Source of the DNA: Centroscyllium fabricii
Lineage: Eukaryota
Length of the DNA: 64,000 nt
Assembly: GCA_051313645.2 (NCBI GenBank)
Contig: JBNRSN020000028.1
Span: 43,648,001 to 43,712,000, forward strand
Direction of reading: 5' to 3'
The notes beneath the pieces are model-generated. The model did no database searches. It saw only the letters and a list, made by a program, of their open reading frames with translations, and was not told the origin of the DNA. Numbering within the stretch: position 1 is the first letter of the stretch; every line of letters starts with the position of its first letter. The position numbers and the translations under genes were made by a program. Of this stretch, positions 53,056 through 64,000 are shown piece by piece.

Positions 53056-53351
53056 ATCAACCGAAAGCCAATCTATCAGTTGGTTCTGATTTGCAGTGAA
53101 TGGTGGAAACGTGACTTCTAAGTGGACAAGCAGCCGGGAACTTCCTCGCTTCACATTTTACTTATACAGACAGGCAGAAGCGAATTACTCGGATGCCCAA
53201 CCTGCTGCTGCTGGGAATAATTGTGTCACCTTCACCATCAGGAATGTAGATCCCACGGAAAAATGGAATGACACCTGTCGGTATGAAGCGGGAGTGAGGT
53301 GAAAGCTGTTACCGTCGGCTCCGAGTGACCCTCTACATGTAACAGTAAGAG
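53056..53351 (+). pseudogene. Decayed Ig-like (C2-type) domain exon
   Basis: CAG acceptor, then DQPKANLSV..VNGGNVTSKW..FYLYRQ..VTFTIRNVDPTEKWNDTCRYE..SAPSDPLHVTVR, then a GT donor (phase 1-1, 296 nt). It has a frameshift, an in-frame TGA, and the first Cys replaced by Trp. Confidence 0.65.
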
Positions 53352-53394
53352 GTGATTGAAATTCACACAGTCACTGTCTTCAATTCCCTGCCCA

Positions 53395-54326
53395 TGACAT
53401 GAATACAGGATTATGATTAAGAAGTTTGCAGATGATACTGAAATCGTCTGTGTGGTTGATATTGATACAGAAAGCTGTGGAATGCAGGAAAATATCAATA
53501 AATTCCTCAGGTGGGCAGAACAGTGACCAATGGAATTCTATCCGGAGAAGTGTGAAGTAATGCATTTGAGGAGGGCTATCAAGGAAATGGAATCCACATT
53601 AACTGGTTGAACACTGAGTACTGTTGGGGAAAAAAGAGACATTGGAGTTCATGACCACAGATCCCTGAACGTAGCAGGCCAAGGAGACAACGTTGTTAAG
53701 AAGGCATAGGGGATGCTTGACTTTATTAGCCGTGGCATAGAATACAAGAGCAGGGAGGTTCTGATTCAACTGCGTAAACCACTGGCTGGGCCTCAGCGAG
53801 AGTACTGCGTGCAGTTCTGGAAACAACATTGCAGGAAAATGTGTTTGCACTAGAGTGGGTACAGAGCAGATTTACAAGGACATATAATCTTAGCTATGAA
53901 AAAAGACTGGACAGGCTGGTTCCCTTTTCCTTTGAGCAGAAGAGGCTGAGGGGAGACCGTATTCAGGTGTATAAGATTATGAGGGCATACATAAAGTTGA
54001 TTGAAATGATTTATTTTCCTTAGCAGAGGGGCCAGAATCCAGGTGTTATAGATTTCCTGTATTTGGGGGAAGTATTTTGAGCGGAAACTTCTACACCTAG
54101 GTTATTGTGGGGCCCTGGAACTCTCTGCCTGAAAGGGTGGTAGAGGCCGGAACCCTATCCACATTTAAAAAGTACTTAGAAGCGCACTTGCGATGCTCTA
54201 AGCTGCAGGGCTACGGACCAAGAACTGGGAAGTGGGATCAAACTGGATAGTTCTTTGTTAGCTGGAGCGGTCACGATGGGCTGAAATGGCCTCTTTCTTT
54301 GCTGTATCTTTCAATGATTCTATGAC
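53395..54326 (+). mobile_element. CR1 LINE 3' fragment
   Basis: KFADDT, PEKCEVMH, EYCVQFW and RLRGDRIQVYKIMR motifs, plus a 3' tail ending TGATTCTATGA. Confidence 0.92.
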
Positions 54327-57300
54327 ACTCAGACAGACAGAGACAGAGAAACATCGAGACAGAGACAGAGACCTAGAGAGACAGACACATACAGAGAGGG
54401 ATTTAAAGGCATGCAGAGACCCAAAGACAGAGACAGAGAGAAGGAGACAGAGAAACAGAGAGAAAGAGATAGACTGACGCTGACAGAAACAGACAGGCAG
54501 ACAGACGGAGACAGAAATAGAGAGAGAGAGAGCGACAGGGACAGAGGTAGAGAGAGACACATTTAGAGACAGATAGAAACATGTGAAATTGGCAGCCAGA
54601 GAGACAGAGGCAGACATACAGAGATGGACAGACAGAGACAGCTAGACAATCATAGACCAATAAATAGAGAGACAGACAGAGACAGGCAAGCTGAGACATA
54701 AAGACAGAGACAGAGGGAAGGAGACAGAGACAGATAGTCAGAGCAAAACAGACAGACAGAAATACATAGCAACACAGAAGATAGGAGCATGAGTAAGCCA
54801 TTTGGCCCTTCGAACCTGCTCCGCCATTTTGGTGAGATGATGGCTGATTATCCAAACCCAGCTCCCCCCTCTCACCCTCACTACCTATAACCAGAAAACC
54901 ACAACTCAAAGAAACATATCTCGCACACACATACTCATGGGCAATTTTTATTATTTCCAATTCTGCTAAACTGCATGTCTTTGGGTGGTGGGAGAAAATG
55001 GAGTACCCGGAAGAAACCCACATGAACACCGGTAAAACATGCAAGCTCCATGCAGAAAAGTCCCGTGCCAAGCACAATTCGAACTCAGGAGTTCCTTATT
55101 GCGATGCAGCATTGCTAACCACTGCGCCACCCTGTCGGACACTCTGGCGCAGAGCGGCAGAGAGCGAGACAGAGAGAGACAGATACAGAGAGACAGTGAG
55201 AGAGACAGAGAGAGACAGAAAGAGAGAGAGAGAAAGACTGAGAGAGAAAAAAATAGCGAGAGGCCTAGAGAGCCAAATGAGAGACAGAAAGAGAGTAATA
55301 GAGAGACAGAATTATGTTCATACAGAGTCAGAGAGAGATAAAGAGAGTCAGAGAGTGGCAGAAAATGGTCAGAGAGAGACAGAGACAGAGAGAGTCAGGG
55401 AGAGACAGAAAGTGAGTCAGAGAGAGACAGAGAGACATTCAGAGACAGAGAAATAGAGAGAAAGACAGAGACAGGCATGCAGAGATACAAAGCCACAGAC
55501 AGAGAGAAAGAGACAGATAGAGAGAAAACAGATAGACAGACTGTACGTTAGAGCCAGAGAGAGAAGGAGAGAGACAGGGACAAACAGGTAAAGAGAGACA
55601 GAGAATCAGATAGAGAGACAGAGACGGACACAATGTGAGTCATGCAGGCATTCAGACAGAGACAGATATAAACTTAGTGACAGATGCAAACAAAGTGGAA
55701 GAGGCAGACATACAGTGACAGACGTACATGCTGCCAGACAGAGAGAGACAGTCACATAAATGCAGAGACACAGAGAAAGATAGACAGACAGACATAATGA
55801 CAGAGAGAGGGAGACAGAGCAACAGAGAGAGAGCGGCAGACAGAGAAACAAGCAGACTGTTGGACAGATAGTTCAGATGGAGAAATGCAGGGACAGAGAG
55901 GCAGAGAGATAAATAGGCAGAGAGACATAGATATACAGACCGTCAGGCAGAGAGAGTTAGAGAGGGAAACCGATACAAGCAGGCAGTAAGAGAGACAGAG
56001 ATAAACTTATTGACAGATGCAAACAAAGTGAAAGAGGCAGACATACAGTGACAGACGAACACGGAGACAGACAGAGAGAACCATTCACAGAGTCACAGAA
56101 ATGCAGAGACACAGAGAAAGATAGACAGACAAACATACAGACAGACATGGTGAAAGAGAGAGGGAGACAGAGCAACAGGGAGAGAGCTGCAGACAGAGAA
56201 ACAAGCAGACTGTTAGACAGATAGTTCAGATGGAGAAATGGAGGGACAGAGAGGCAGAGAGAGACATAGGCAGAGAGACAGAGATATACAGACCGTCAGG
56301 CAGAGAGAGGCAGATAGGGAAACCGATACAAGCAGGCAGTAAGTGAGACAGAGACATGGAGACATAGAGACAGGCAGACTGAGATGCAGACAGAGTGACA
56401 GGCAGGCATAGAGACAGGCAGACAGAGGGACAGGCAAATGGAGACATTAAAAAGACAGGGTGATTGAGAGACAGACACATAGAGCCAGGCACAGAGATAT
56501 AGAGAGACAGGCAGATAGAGACACAGACATACAGAGACAGACAGAAAGAGATAGACACATAGAGCCAGGCACAGAGATATAGATAGACAGGCAGATAGAG
56601 ACACAGAGATACAGAGACAGACAGAAACAGATAGACAGAGAGACACGTAGACATATATACCGGCAGACAGATAGACAGGCAGACGGAGATATGAGAAAGG
56701 TTAGAGATGGAGAGGCAGACAGATAGAGCCAGGCAAAGAGACATAGAGTGACAGGCAGATAGAGACACACAGAGACAGGGACATAAAGAAAGAGATAGAG
56801 AGGGAGACAGGCAGACAGGCAGACAGAGAGACAAGCAGACGGAGAAATGAGAAATTCAGAGAGACTTCAGAAATAGACAGGCTCAGGGACACAGGTAGAC
56901 GGAATTCAGAGACAGTGAGATAGACAGAGAGAGAGAGACAGACAGAGAGAGGCAGACCGAGACAGAGAGAGACAGAGACACAGTAACACACAGAGACACA
57001 GAGACATGGATATAGAGAGACAGACACACAGAGAGAAACAGACAGACAGAGAGAGAGGCAGGAATTCATACAGAATCAGGCAGACAGATGGAAACAGACA
57101 CAGAGAGAAACATATAGATTGTCAGCCAGATACACAGACAGATAAAAACAAAGTGAAATAAGAACCAGAGAGACAGAGACAAACAGACACAGGCACAAAA
57201 ATGGAAGTCAGACACATAAAGAGAGGAAGACAGACCGAGAGGCAAATAGCGATATACAGGGACAGACAGAGACACAGAAAAGCAGACTGTTACAGACTGA

Positions 57301-59170
57301 GAAACGGTCAGAGGCGCATATTGAGATGGAGATCAGAAAGGGATATACAGAGAGATAGAGCCAGTCCGGGAGATGGTGACAGAGGCATACACACATACTA
57401 AGACAGACAATGACAGAAAGTACAGTGTGTGACAGAGAGAAAAGGACCTACAGAGACGGAAATATTGAGTCAGACTCAGACAGACAGAAAATGACAGAAA
57501 CAGACTCACAGAGCCAGAGACAGCAGATAAAGAGACCGAGTCAGTCAGACAGACAGACAGAGATAGACAGGCATAGAGAGAGTGAGAGATGCAGGCAGAG
57601 GGACAGACAATCATATCAGATATGCAGAGATACAGAGATAATAATCCTCAGACTGACAGTCACCAGAGGTAGACAGAGAGACAGAGACTGTCAGGCAAAT
57701 GCATACCAACAAGACAATGAGGAAGACAGACCGAGGCACAGTCAGCAACAGAAAGTGAGAGTCAGAGAGAGTCAGAGAGAGTCAGAGAGGGTCATAGAGG
57801 GCGAACAGACAGGCATAAGACGGACAGGAGACAGAGACAGACAACGAGCCTAGGTCAGAAAAACAGAGACTGGCATACAAAAAATAGACAGATGTACACA
57901 GGAATAAAGACAGACAGAGACAAACTGTGATAATGACAGAGAGACAGAGTCAGAGAGACAGAGAGACAGAGATACAGAGATACAGATAGAATCAGACTGA
58001 CAGATAGAGACGGACTGACAGAAAGGGACAAATACAGACAGCGACAGGCAGGTAGACGCAGATAAACAGAGACAGAAAGAAGAAACAGACAGTCTATATC
58101 AAGGCAGACAGAGAGAGACAGACACAGCCAGACACAATCAGACTGTGACACAAATACAGAGAATGACAGAGCCAGACAGAGAAAAGCATAGAGGCAGACA
58201 GAGAGTTAAGGACAGTCAGACAGAAACTAACAAGCACAGAGACAGTCAGAGAGTTAGTGGCAAATGGATAAAAACAAAAAAGGACGGAGACCGACAGAGA
58301 GCAGCAGTCAAACACAGAGACAGACAGAGATATAGACATACAGAGGCAAACAGTAAGACAGACAGTGACAGACAAACAGAGACAGACAGAGAGGGTTTAC
58401 CAAGCTGAAAGAGAATGAGACCGACATGCGGAGACAGACGTTCAGTGACACAGTCAGAAAGAGAGAGGTGGACTGAGACAGATATGGAAATATGGAGACA
58501 GACATAAATACAGACAAGCAGAGGGTGCTAGACTGACAACAACTAGCAGACTATGACAGACAGAGAAAGAGAAACAAAGACACAGATGGACACAGATGTG
58601 TAAACTGAGACAGGCAGAGAGACAGAGCTGCTAGACATGGACAGACACACAATGACATAAAAACAGAGAGAGAGAGACAGAGAGAGAGAGAGACAGAAAG
58701 CGAGATTGAAAGACAGATAGAATGAAACAGAGACATACAGACAGACAGACCCGACCGAGATAGACAGACAAAATCAGACAGACGGAGACAGATGGACAGA
58801 GACAGACAGACTGTGCTAGAGAGACAGATGCAAACATACAAACACGACTGACAAAGACAGACATAGAGTTTCAGACAGAATGAGACAGAGACACGGAGAC
58901 AGGAATCCAGAGACAGCCAGACAGAGGCAGGCATCCGGAGACAGAGACAGTCAAAGAGCGAGACAAAGACAGATGTACAGAGCGAGTGAGTGGGGACAGA
59001 GAGATGGATAGTGTGACAAAGATAGAGACAGTGTGAGTCAGACAAGGACACAGACAGAGAAACTAACAGAGAGACAGTCAGAAATAGAGTGAAAGAGACA
59101 GACAGAAACAGAGAAACAAACCTCGATGGAGCCTGAGACAGATAGACAGAGACACCCTCAGACAGAGAGG
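54327..59170. repeat. (GA)n/(GACA)n low-complexity purine-rich tract
   Basis: About 4.8 kb of degenerate AGAC/AGAG units. It produces the many SLSVCL-type ORFs. Confidence 0.95.
54764..55137 (-). mobile_element. Older HE1/V-SINE-type SINE
   Basis: Reverse complement shows head GGTGGCGCAGTGGTTAGCA, core GGGTTTCTTCCGGGTACTCC and tail GGGCCAAATGGC..CCTATCTTCT. Confidence 0.8.
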
Positions 59171-59299
59171 AACAGGCAGGTAAATCTGGTGTCATCAACA
59201 TATATCAAAGAGCTGATCCCATATCTGTCGCTGGAAGCTTCAACGGGAGGCATGTAGAAGAGGAATAAATGAGAGCTAGGATAGATAATTTGGAGTCAT

Positions 59300-60090
59300 C
59301 AATGTGAACGGTGCTGTGGAGGGTGGTGGAGGGTGAGATAAGCCGTTGCTGGAGATTATCTGGCTCTGATCAGACTCTAACCGTAGAAGCAAGCACATAG
59401 AGGTCCCACCGAGAGGGCAATGTCAGAGGAATGAGGAGGCGGCGGATTGGAGGAGAGGACTGAGGGTCTGAAGCTGGTAAATGCCGGATGGAGGGTTAAA
59501 GAGGCAGATGGGCTGAGGCAGGGGCAGAGACTGGCGATGTTATGGGGTCGGAAGAAGAGCCAGCTATGATGGAGAGGGTATGAGGGAGGATTGTCATGTC
59601 TGGTACGAATAGGGATCAGAGGCCTCAAACATCATAAGCAACCTGAGATAACAGCGAGGAAGGGGGATGGAGTCGGAGCCCATGGTATTGAGTTTGTGTT
59701 TGGGGCCTAAAGTAATGGCTTTGGTCTGTCCAATGTTTATTTGGAGCAAATCGAAGCTCATGTAGACCTGTTGCAGTCTGATAACATTTAGTTAGTGGAG
59801 TGTGGAGAGATGGCGGAGCGCTGGAGCTGGGTGTTGTCAGCAGACATGTGGAATCTGACCCCAGGTCTGCAGATAATGTCAGAAAGGGCAGCATTTAAAT
59901 GAGGAAGAGGAAGGTGCAAGAATGGAAAGTTCAGAGATTCGAGAGTGAACGGTGCTGGTGCGGGGAGAGAAACCATTGCTGGAGATTCTCTGGTTTCCAT
60001 CAGATTGGTAAGATTGGGACCAAGAGAAGACAGTCCCAGCGAAAGAGGCCTGTGGCAGAGGTGTGGACACAGAATGGGTGGGTTTACTGC
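59300..60090 (-). mobile_element. Old L2-like LINE RT fragment
   Basis: Minus-strand translations FSWSQSYQSDGNQRISSNGFSPRTSTV..SILAP and GVRFHMSADNTQL resemble L2 RT (YADDTQL). Confidence 0.72.
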
Positions 60091-60475
60091 AGGGTTGGAG
60101 GAGAAGGTGGAGAGTGCGAGGGCTGCGGGACATTAAACCCATGGATAGGAAATTTAAATATAATAATTTGGCAGATTGGGAGACACTGTGGCTCAGTGAG
60201 GGCGCGTGTGATGGGTGAGCGGGTCTTGGGGAGGGCTGGACATTGGCTGCAGAGTGTTGGATCGGTTGACATTGTTGGAAGGTCCTGTATGAGCCCATCT
60301 GTCAGCCTCATTCCGAAGTGCGGTCAAATGAAGATAATGAGATGTTTGTGCTTTATTCAACACATCATTTACATCGGCGTCAAAGATCCTGATGTAATGT
60401 GTTTGTTTAGGTGACTGGAACTAACAGCAATGCTCAGAGGTATAACCTCTCAGCGTCAGTGGAGATGATCCCCTG

Positions 60476-60482
60476 TATAAAT
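60476..60482 (+). promoter_or_regulatory. Candidate TATA box for the GPCR gene
   Basis: TATAAAT lies about 90 nt upstream of the ATG at 60567. Confidence 0.4.
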
Positions 60483-60566
60483 CAAGGCCCAGTGGAATGG
60501 ATCAGCTCAGACAGCCTGCCGGAGCTGTGGGTTCCTCTCCAACAGAAGTCACTGTTCATCACAGAA

Positions 60567-60636
60567 ATGGGTTATCCAGTAATGTGGAAGATAGAAGACA
60601 TTTACTATCCTGTTATTGCAGCCGTTGGCGTTACCG
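60567..60636 (+). CDS. First coding exon of a GPR139/GPR142-like class A GPCR (remainder beyond window)
   Basis: MGYPVMWKIEDIYYPVIAAVGVT is followed by a strong donor G|GTAAGC in phase 1. It resembles, from memory, the IYYP.IAA.GVP TM1 start of cartilaginous-fish GPR139-like receptors. Confidence 0.65.
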
Positions 60637-61629
60637 GTAAGCGGGGATCTCAGCTGTCAATGGTGTAAATCGGTGTTGAGTGTGCTGCAGTGCTTGGTAT
60701 TGTTTAACTCGGTGAATGTTTTCCACAGCAGCTTGTTCCGTTCCAGCAGCTGAATGATGGGATGTCCTCAGTCTCTGCTCGTGTGGTCTTCTATGAGTAT
60801 TGCTTTATCTGTAATGATCTGTGTGGATTCAACCCTGGCATTGTTACTTGATCATTCCCTTTACTGAAACTATTGGAATCAGGTTAATCAGGAATCTTGG
60901 CTCAGAGCAGGTATCAGACCATCTGGAGCTGTTGCCAGATTTATGTTCTGGAAATCAGCTGTCCTCTAATCTTTATTCATAATTGTGCTTTCAATGATTC
61001 ATATCGAGACAGCTCAGCGTCTGGGTGTCCTCCCTCCCCAGCAACATGTTGCAGTTTATGTTAGATTTAATTGTGTGATTGATTCTCACTGTTGTGAAAT
61101 ATTTTTTTGCTGTGTGTGTATGTGACTCCGCTTCAGAGGGCTGGCGACTGAACTGCGTTTGTTTCTGACACCATCAATCTCCTTCTCTGATTCAGTTAAG
61201 GTGGATTCACTTGCTGACACTGGACTTCATTGTAAAATGAAGTGTTTTGAGGTTATGCTGTAATAGTTTGCACTGTATCTGTTGCAATCAGGAGCCGTTC
61301 TGTTGCTGTGAAGATTATAATTAGCAGCGGTGATTGTGGTTTGAAGTTAATTGAACAACTGCGCCATCTAATGCTGGACTTTATAATTACAGTAGAAGTA
61401 AATTCAATTATTGTCATCTCTTTCTGGTAGAGATATTCGGTTCTGTTGATTGTATGCACTGCAGATCATTTTATGTGTTCAGATGAAGACTTGGTTGACT
61501 AATGGAACACACACCTAATCAGGATAGAGTCTTGAGAAGGAGTTGGGAGACGATGTGGAGAGATAGAGCGCAGCAATAGAGACATGCAAAGTGAAGGAGA
61601 ACGAGAGGGAGGGTTTAATAGAGGTAGAA

Positions 61630-62130
61630 ACATAGAAAAAGATAGATCGTTAGGATTACATATGATACACGGCACAGAAACAGGACATTCTCCACAACCA
61701 GTCCATGCCAGCATTTATTCTCCACTCGAGCCCCCTCCCATCCTTCCTCCTCTAACTCTACTAACATATCTCTCGGGTTCCTTCTCGCTCATGTGCTTAT
61801 CTAGCCTCCATTTAAAAACATGGCTGCAAGTCACATCAACCACTCCCTGTTGTAGCGATTACCACATTCTCACCAAACTCTGGGTAAAGAAGTTTCTACA
61901 CAATTTCCTGCCTGCTTTCTTGTTGAATATCTTATATTGATGTGGTCTCGATATAAGCTCCTCCCACCATTATATACACTCTCTCTGTTTCGACGCTGTC
62001 TAAATCGGTCATCATTTTAAAGCCCTCTTGTAGGTCACACATCAAACATATCTTTTCAAGAAAATAGACCCAGACTGGTCATCCTGATAGTTATCCCCTC
62101 GCTTTGCTGCTATAGTCCTTGTAAACCTCA
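61630..62130 (-). mobile_element. Old CR1 3' end fragment
   Basis: CTCTGGGTAAAGAAGTTTCT corresponds to RNFFTQR on the minus strand, followed by decayed C-terminal and 3' UTR sequence. Confidence 0.65.
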
Positions 62131-62332
62131 GCTAGACAGTGAGAGAGGCAGAGATGTGACTAATACATCCGAATGATCTGCTGAAACTTCCAGTCCAGTT
62201 ATGATGAAGAAATTAGCTTTGAAGTTGATATTAGCATTTTGGCAGATTGTGAGAACATATCACTATGAGTTCCCCAGCCTGATTTGATGAATGTTAATTT
62301 TTCTGATTCAATGATTGTACAAATGTAGCCAT

Positions 62333-62536
62333 AATGTGGAGGTGCCGGTGTTGGACTGGGGTGAATTCACACAATACCAGATTATAGTCCAACGGTTTTA
62401 TTTTAATTCACAAGCTTTCGGAGCTTCTGCCCCTTCGTCAGAGTCTCTTTCACCTGACGAAGGGGCAGAAGCTCCGAAAGCTTGTGAATTAAAATAAAAC
62501 CGTTGGACTATAATCTGGTGTTGTGTGACTTCTTGC
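62333..62536. mobile_element. Penelope-like inverted pseudo-LTR remnant (75-bp inverted arms 62367-62441 / 62454-62528)
   Basis: Near-perfect palindrome containing CTGACGAAGG..CCGAAAGC and AATAAA, features typical of Penelope pseudo-LTRs. Confidence 0.75.
62449..62488 (+). ncRNA. Minimal type I hammerhead ribozyme motif
   Basis: Stem I UUCAC/GUGAA, core CUGACGA, stem II GGGGC-AGAA-GCUCC, GAAA, and palindromic AAGCUU in place of stem III. Confidence 0.7.
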
Positions 62537-64000
62537 ATTTGCACAAATGTATTTATAGAACAGAATAAGTGATTTATTCATTGTAATGGATTATTAGAAT
62601 ATTGTATTTTAAGCACACTGGGTCAGCGGAAATCAGTAATGAACGTGGTTGATTTAATTAATTGATTTTTTTAAATTGAATGTGTTGAGTAAATTAATAG
62701 AAGATATTTTGTACACAGTCTGCTGTACACTGGCACGAAAAGTCACACAAATTAATGGTTGGATGTATTGTTTGAGTTGTGCTGCTGGGATCATGAATCA
62801 GATTTCCTCACACACTCTGCTGCAGTCTCTCCCTGTGAAGCCCTGTCTCTCCTCCCCCTGCATTGAATCCTTTGTCTCCTCATCCGCTGGTTCAGTTTGT
62901 CCGCTTTCCCAAACCCTCAGCTCCTGACCCTCCTCCATCTCCCACGTGTCCTTTTCCATCTCTTCCTCCCAATCTCACTCACTGACCCGCCCTCAAGTTA
63001 CTTCTTCCGTTTACTGACAGCCTCTGCCGGCTCCCTTAAAACAGAGCAAAAAAAGAGATTCATCTAATCCTGTCCCCAAAACTACCCCGCCTTCAATATT
63101 GTAAGTTTAAAAAGCTCATATAATAATGTCAGTGACTACACGAATCACTCTGGGTACAGGTATATTGTGTATATGTAAAACAGGTTTATGAAGCATTAAA
63201 CTTCCAGAACAGAGAAGTAATAATTAACAAGGAGATAGTCACAGTCTTGTTCTTTTGAGCTTTGGCATTCCTTCCGATTGAAGTAGGCGCGGTCTCTTTA
63301 TCCTCTTGCTGCTATCACTAAACTGAATTTCCTTTAACTCTGATTCAAGGTTCCTGCTGCCTTCAGTGTTCAATATCTGTAACTTTATACACGTTTTCCC
63401 TTGTGCCTTACTGACTGAAAAAAGCTATCCGGAACCTGGTACATGATTAATGACCTTGTTGAGTCCACTCGGCTTCACTTTGTTCATATCAAAGTGCCTG
63501 GTATCTTTAGATATTCTCTTTCCAAAGATAAATTCCAAAGATGTTGTCCAACCAATCTGTCCATTTTGTAATGTTATCACTGAGAGGTGCTTATTTTATC
63601 AATTTTCTATCACATTACTGAATAGCACGTTCCTGATAATCTCAAGAAACTTAGCATTTCATTCCATTCCTTCAGTAACTGAAAACAAAGCGAGTTTCAG
63701 CAGTCAGTTTGGCTTATTTTCCCATCCTGATTTCTCTCAGTCATTCTCTATTTTATTCAGGCTTTGAAGCTTTCGGCATACACTTTCACATCTTAAATAT
63801 ATACAAAAATATTTTACTAAATCATACAATAATCTTATTCTCCAATCACTATATTAAGTGTGAGGCGTGTGCCGACCCCTCAAAACTAAACTCTTACATA
63901 TGGTTTGGTTCCCTCTCATGTGTGGAACTCTGAGTTTTTTTGGGTTGTGATCATATGTAAACGTGATTGTGGATTAGGCATCAGGTGTTTCCGTTAGCAG

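Noticed and set aside
54258-59201. Many 60-220 aa ORFs rich in S/L/C/V or R/E/T/D
   Set aside because: These are translations of GA/GACA low-complexity DNA.

Overview
Vertebrate nuclear DNA, most likely a cartilaginous fish (shark/ray). This is inferred from HE1/V-SINE-type SINEs, CR1 (HER1-like) LINEs and a GPR139-like first exon. Positions 1-~38.45 kb are a homogenised higher-order tandem repeat (HOR) of 4 full units plus 1 partial, with periods of about 10.1, 8.86, 7.26 and 7.25 kb. Each unit holds three ~1.85-kb monomers made of a tRNA-Lys(UUU) gene plus a decayed antisense CR1 3' fragment. One monomer per unit carries a non-coding LTR retroelement: ~1.07-kb TG..CA LTRs, a ~168-bp internal segment, a CAATT target-site duplication (TSD), a G-run polypurine tract (PPT), and an 11-nt primer-binding site (PBS) complementary to its own predicted transcript 5' end, i.e. 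Tf1/sushi-type self-priming. It occurs as 2-LTR and 3-LTR tandem forms, and two units share one young 5'-truncated CR1 insertion inside an LTR. From ~38.45 to 48.2 kb the array decays into three divergent tRNA-Lys pseudogene monomers, interrupted by a 5-kb two-gene Harbinger transposon and a Harbinger MITE. The rest holds old CR1/L2 fragments, SINEs, a ~61-bp minisatellite, a decayed Ig-domain exon, 4.8 kb of GA/GACA low-complexity DNA, the first coding exon of a GPR139-like GPCR, and a Penelope-type hairpin with a minimal hammerhead ribozyme motif. No complete host protein-coding gene is present, and most listed ORFs are spurious. All calls come from reading the sequence; no database searches were run.
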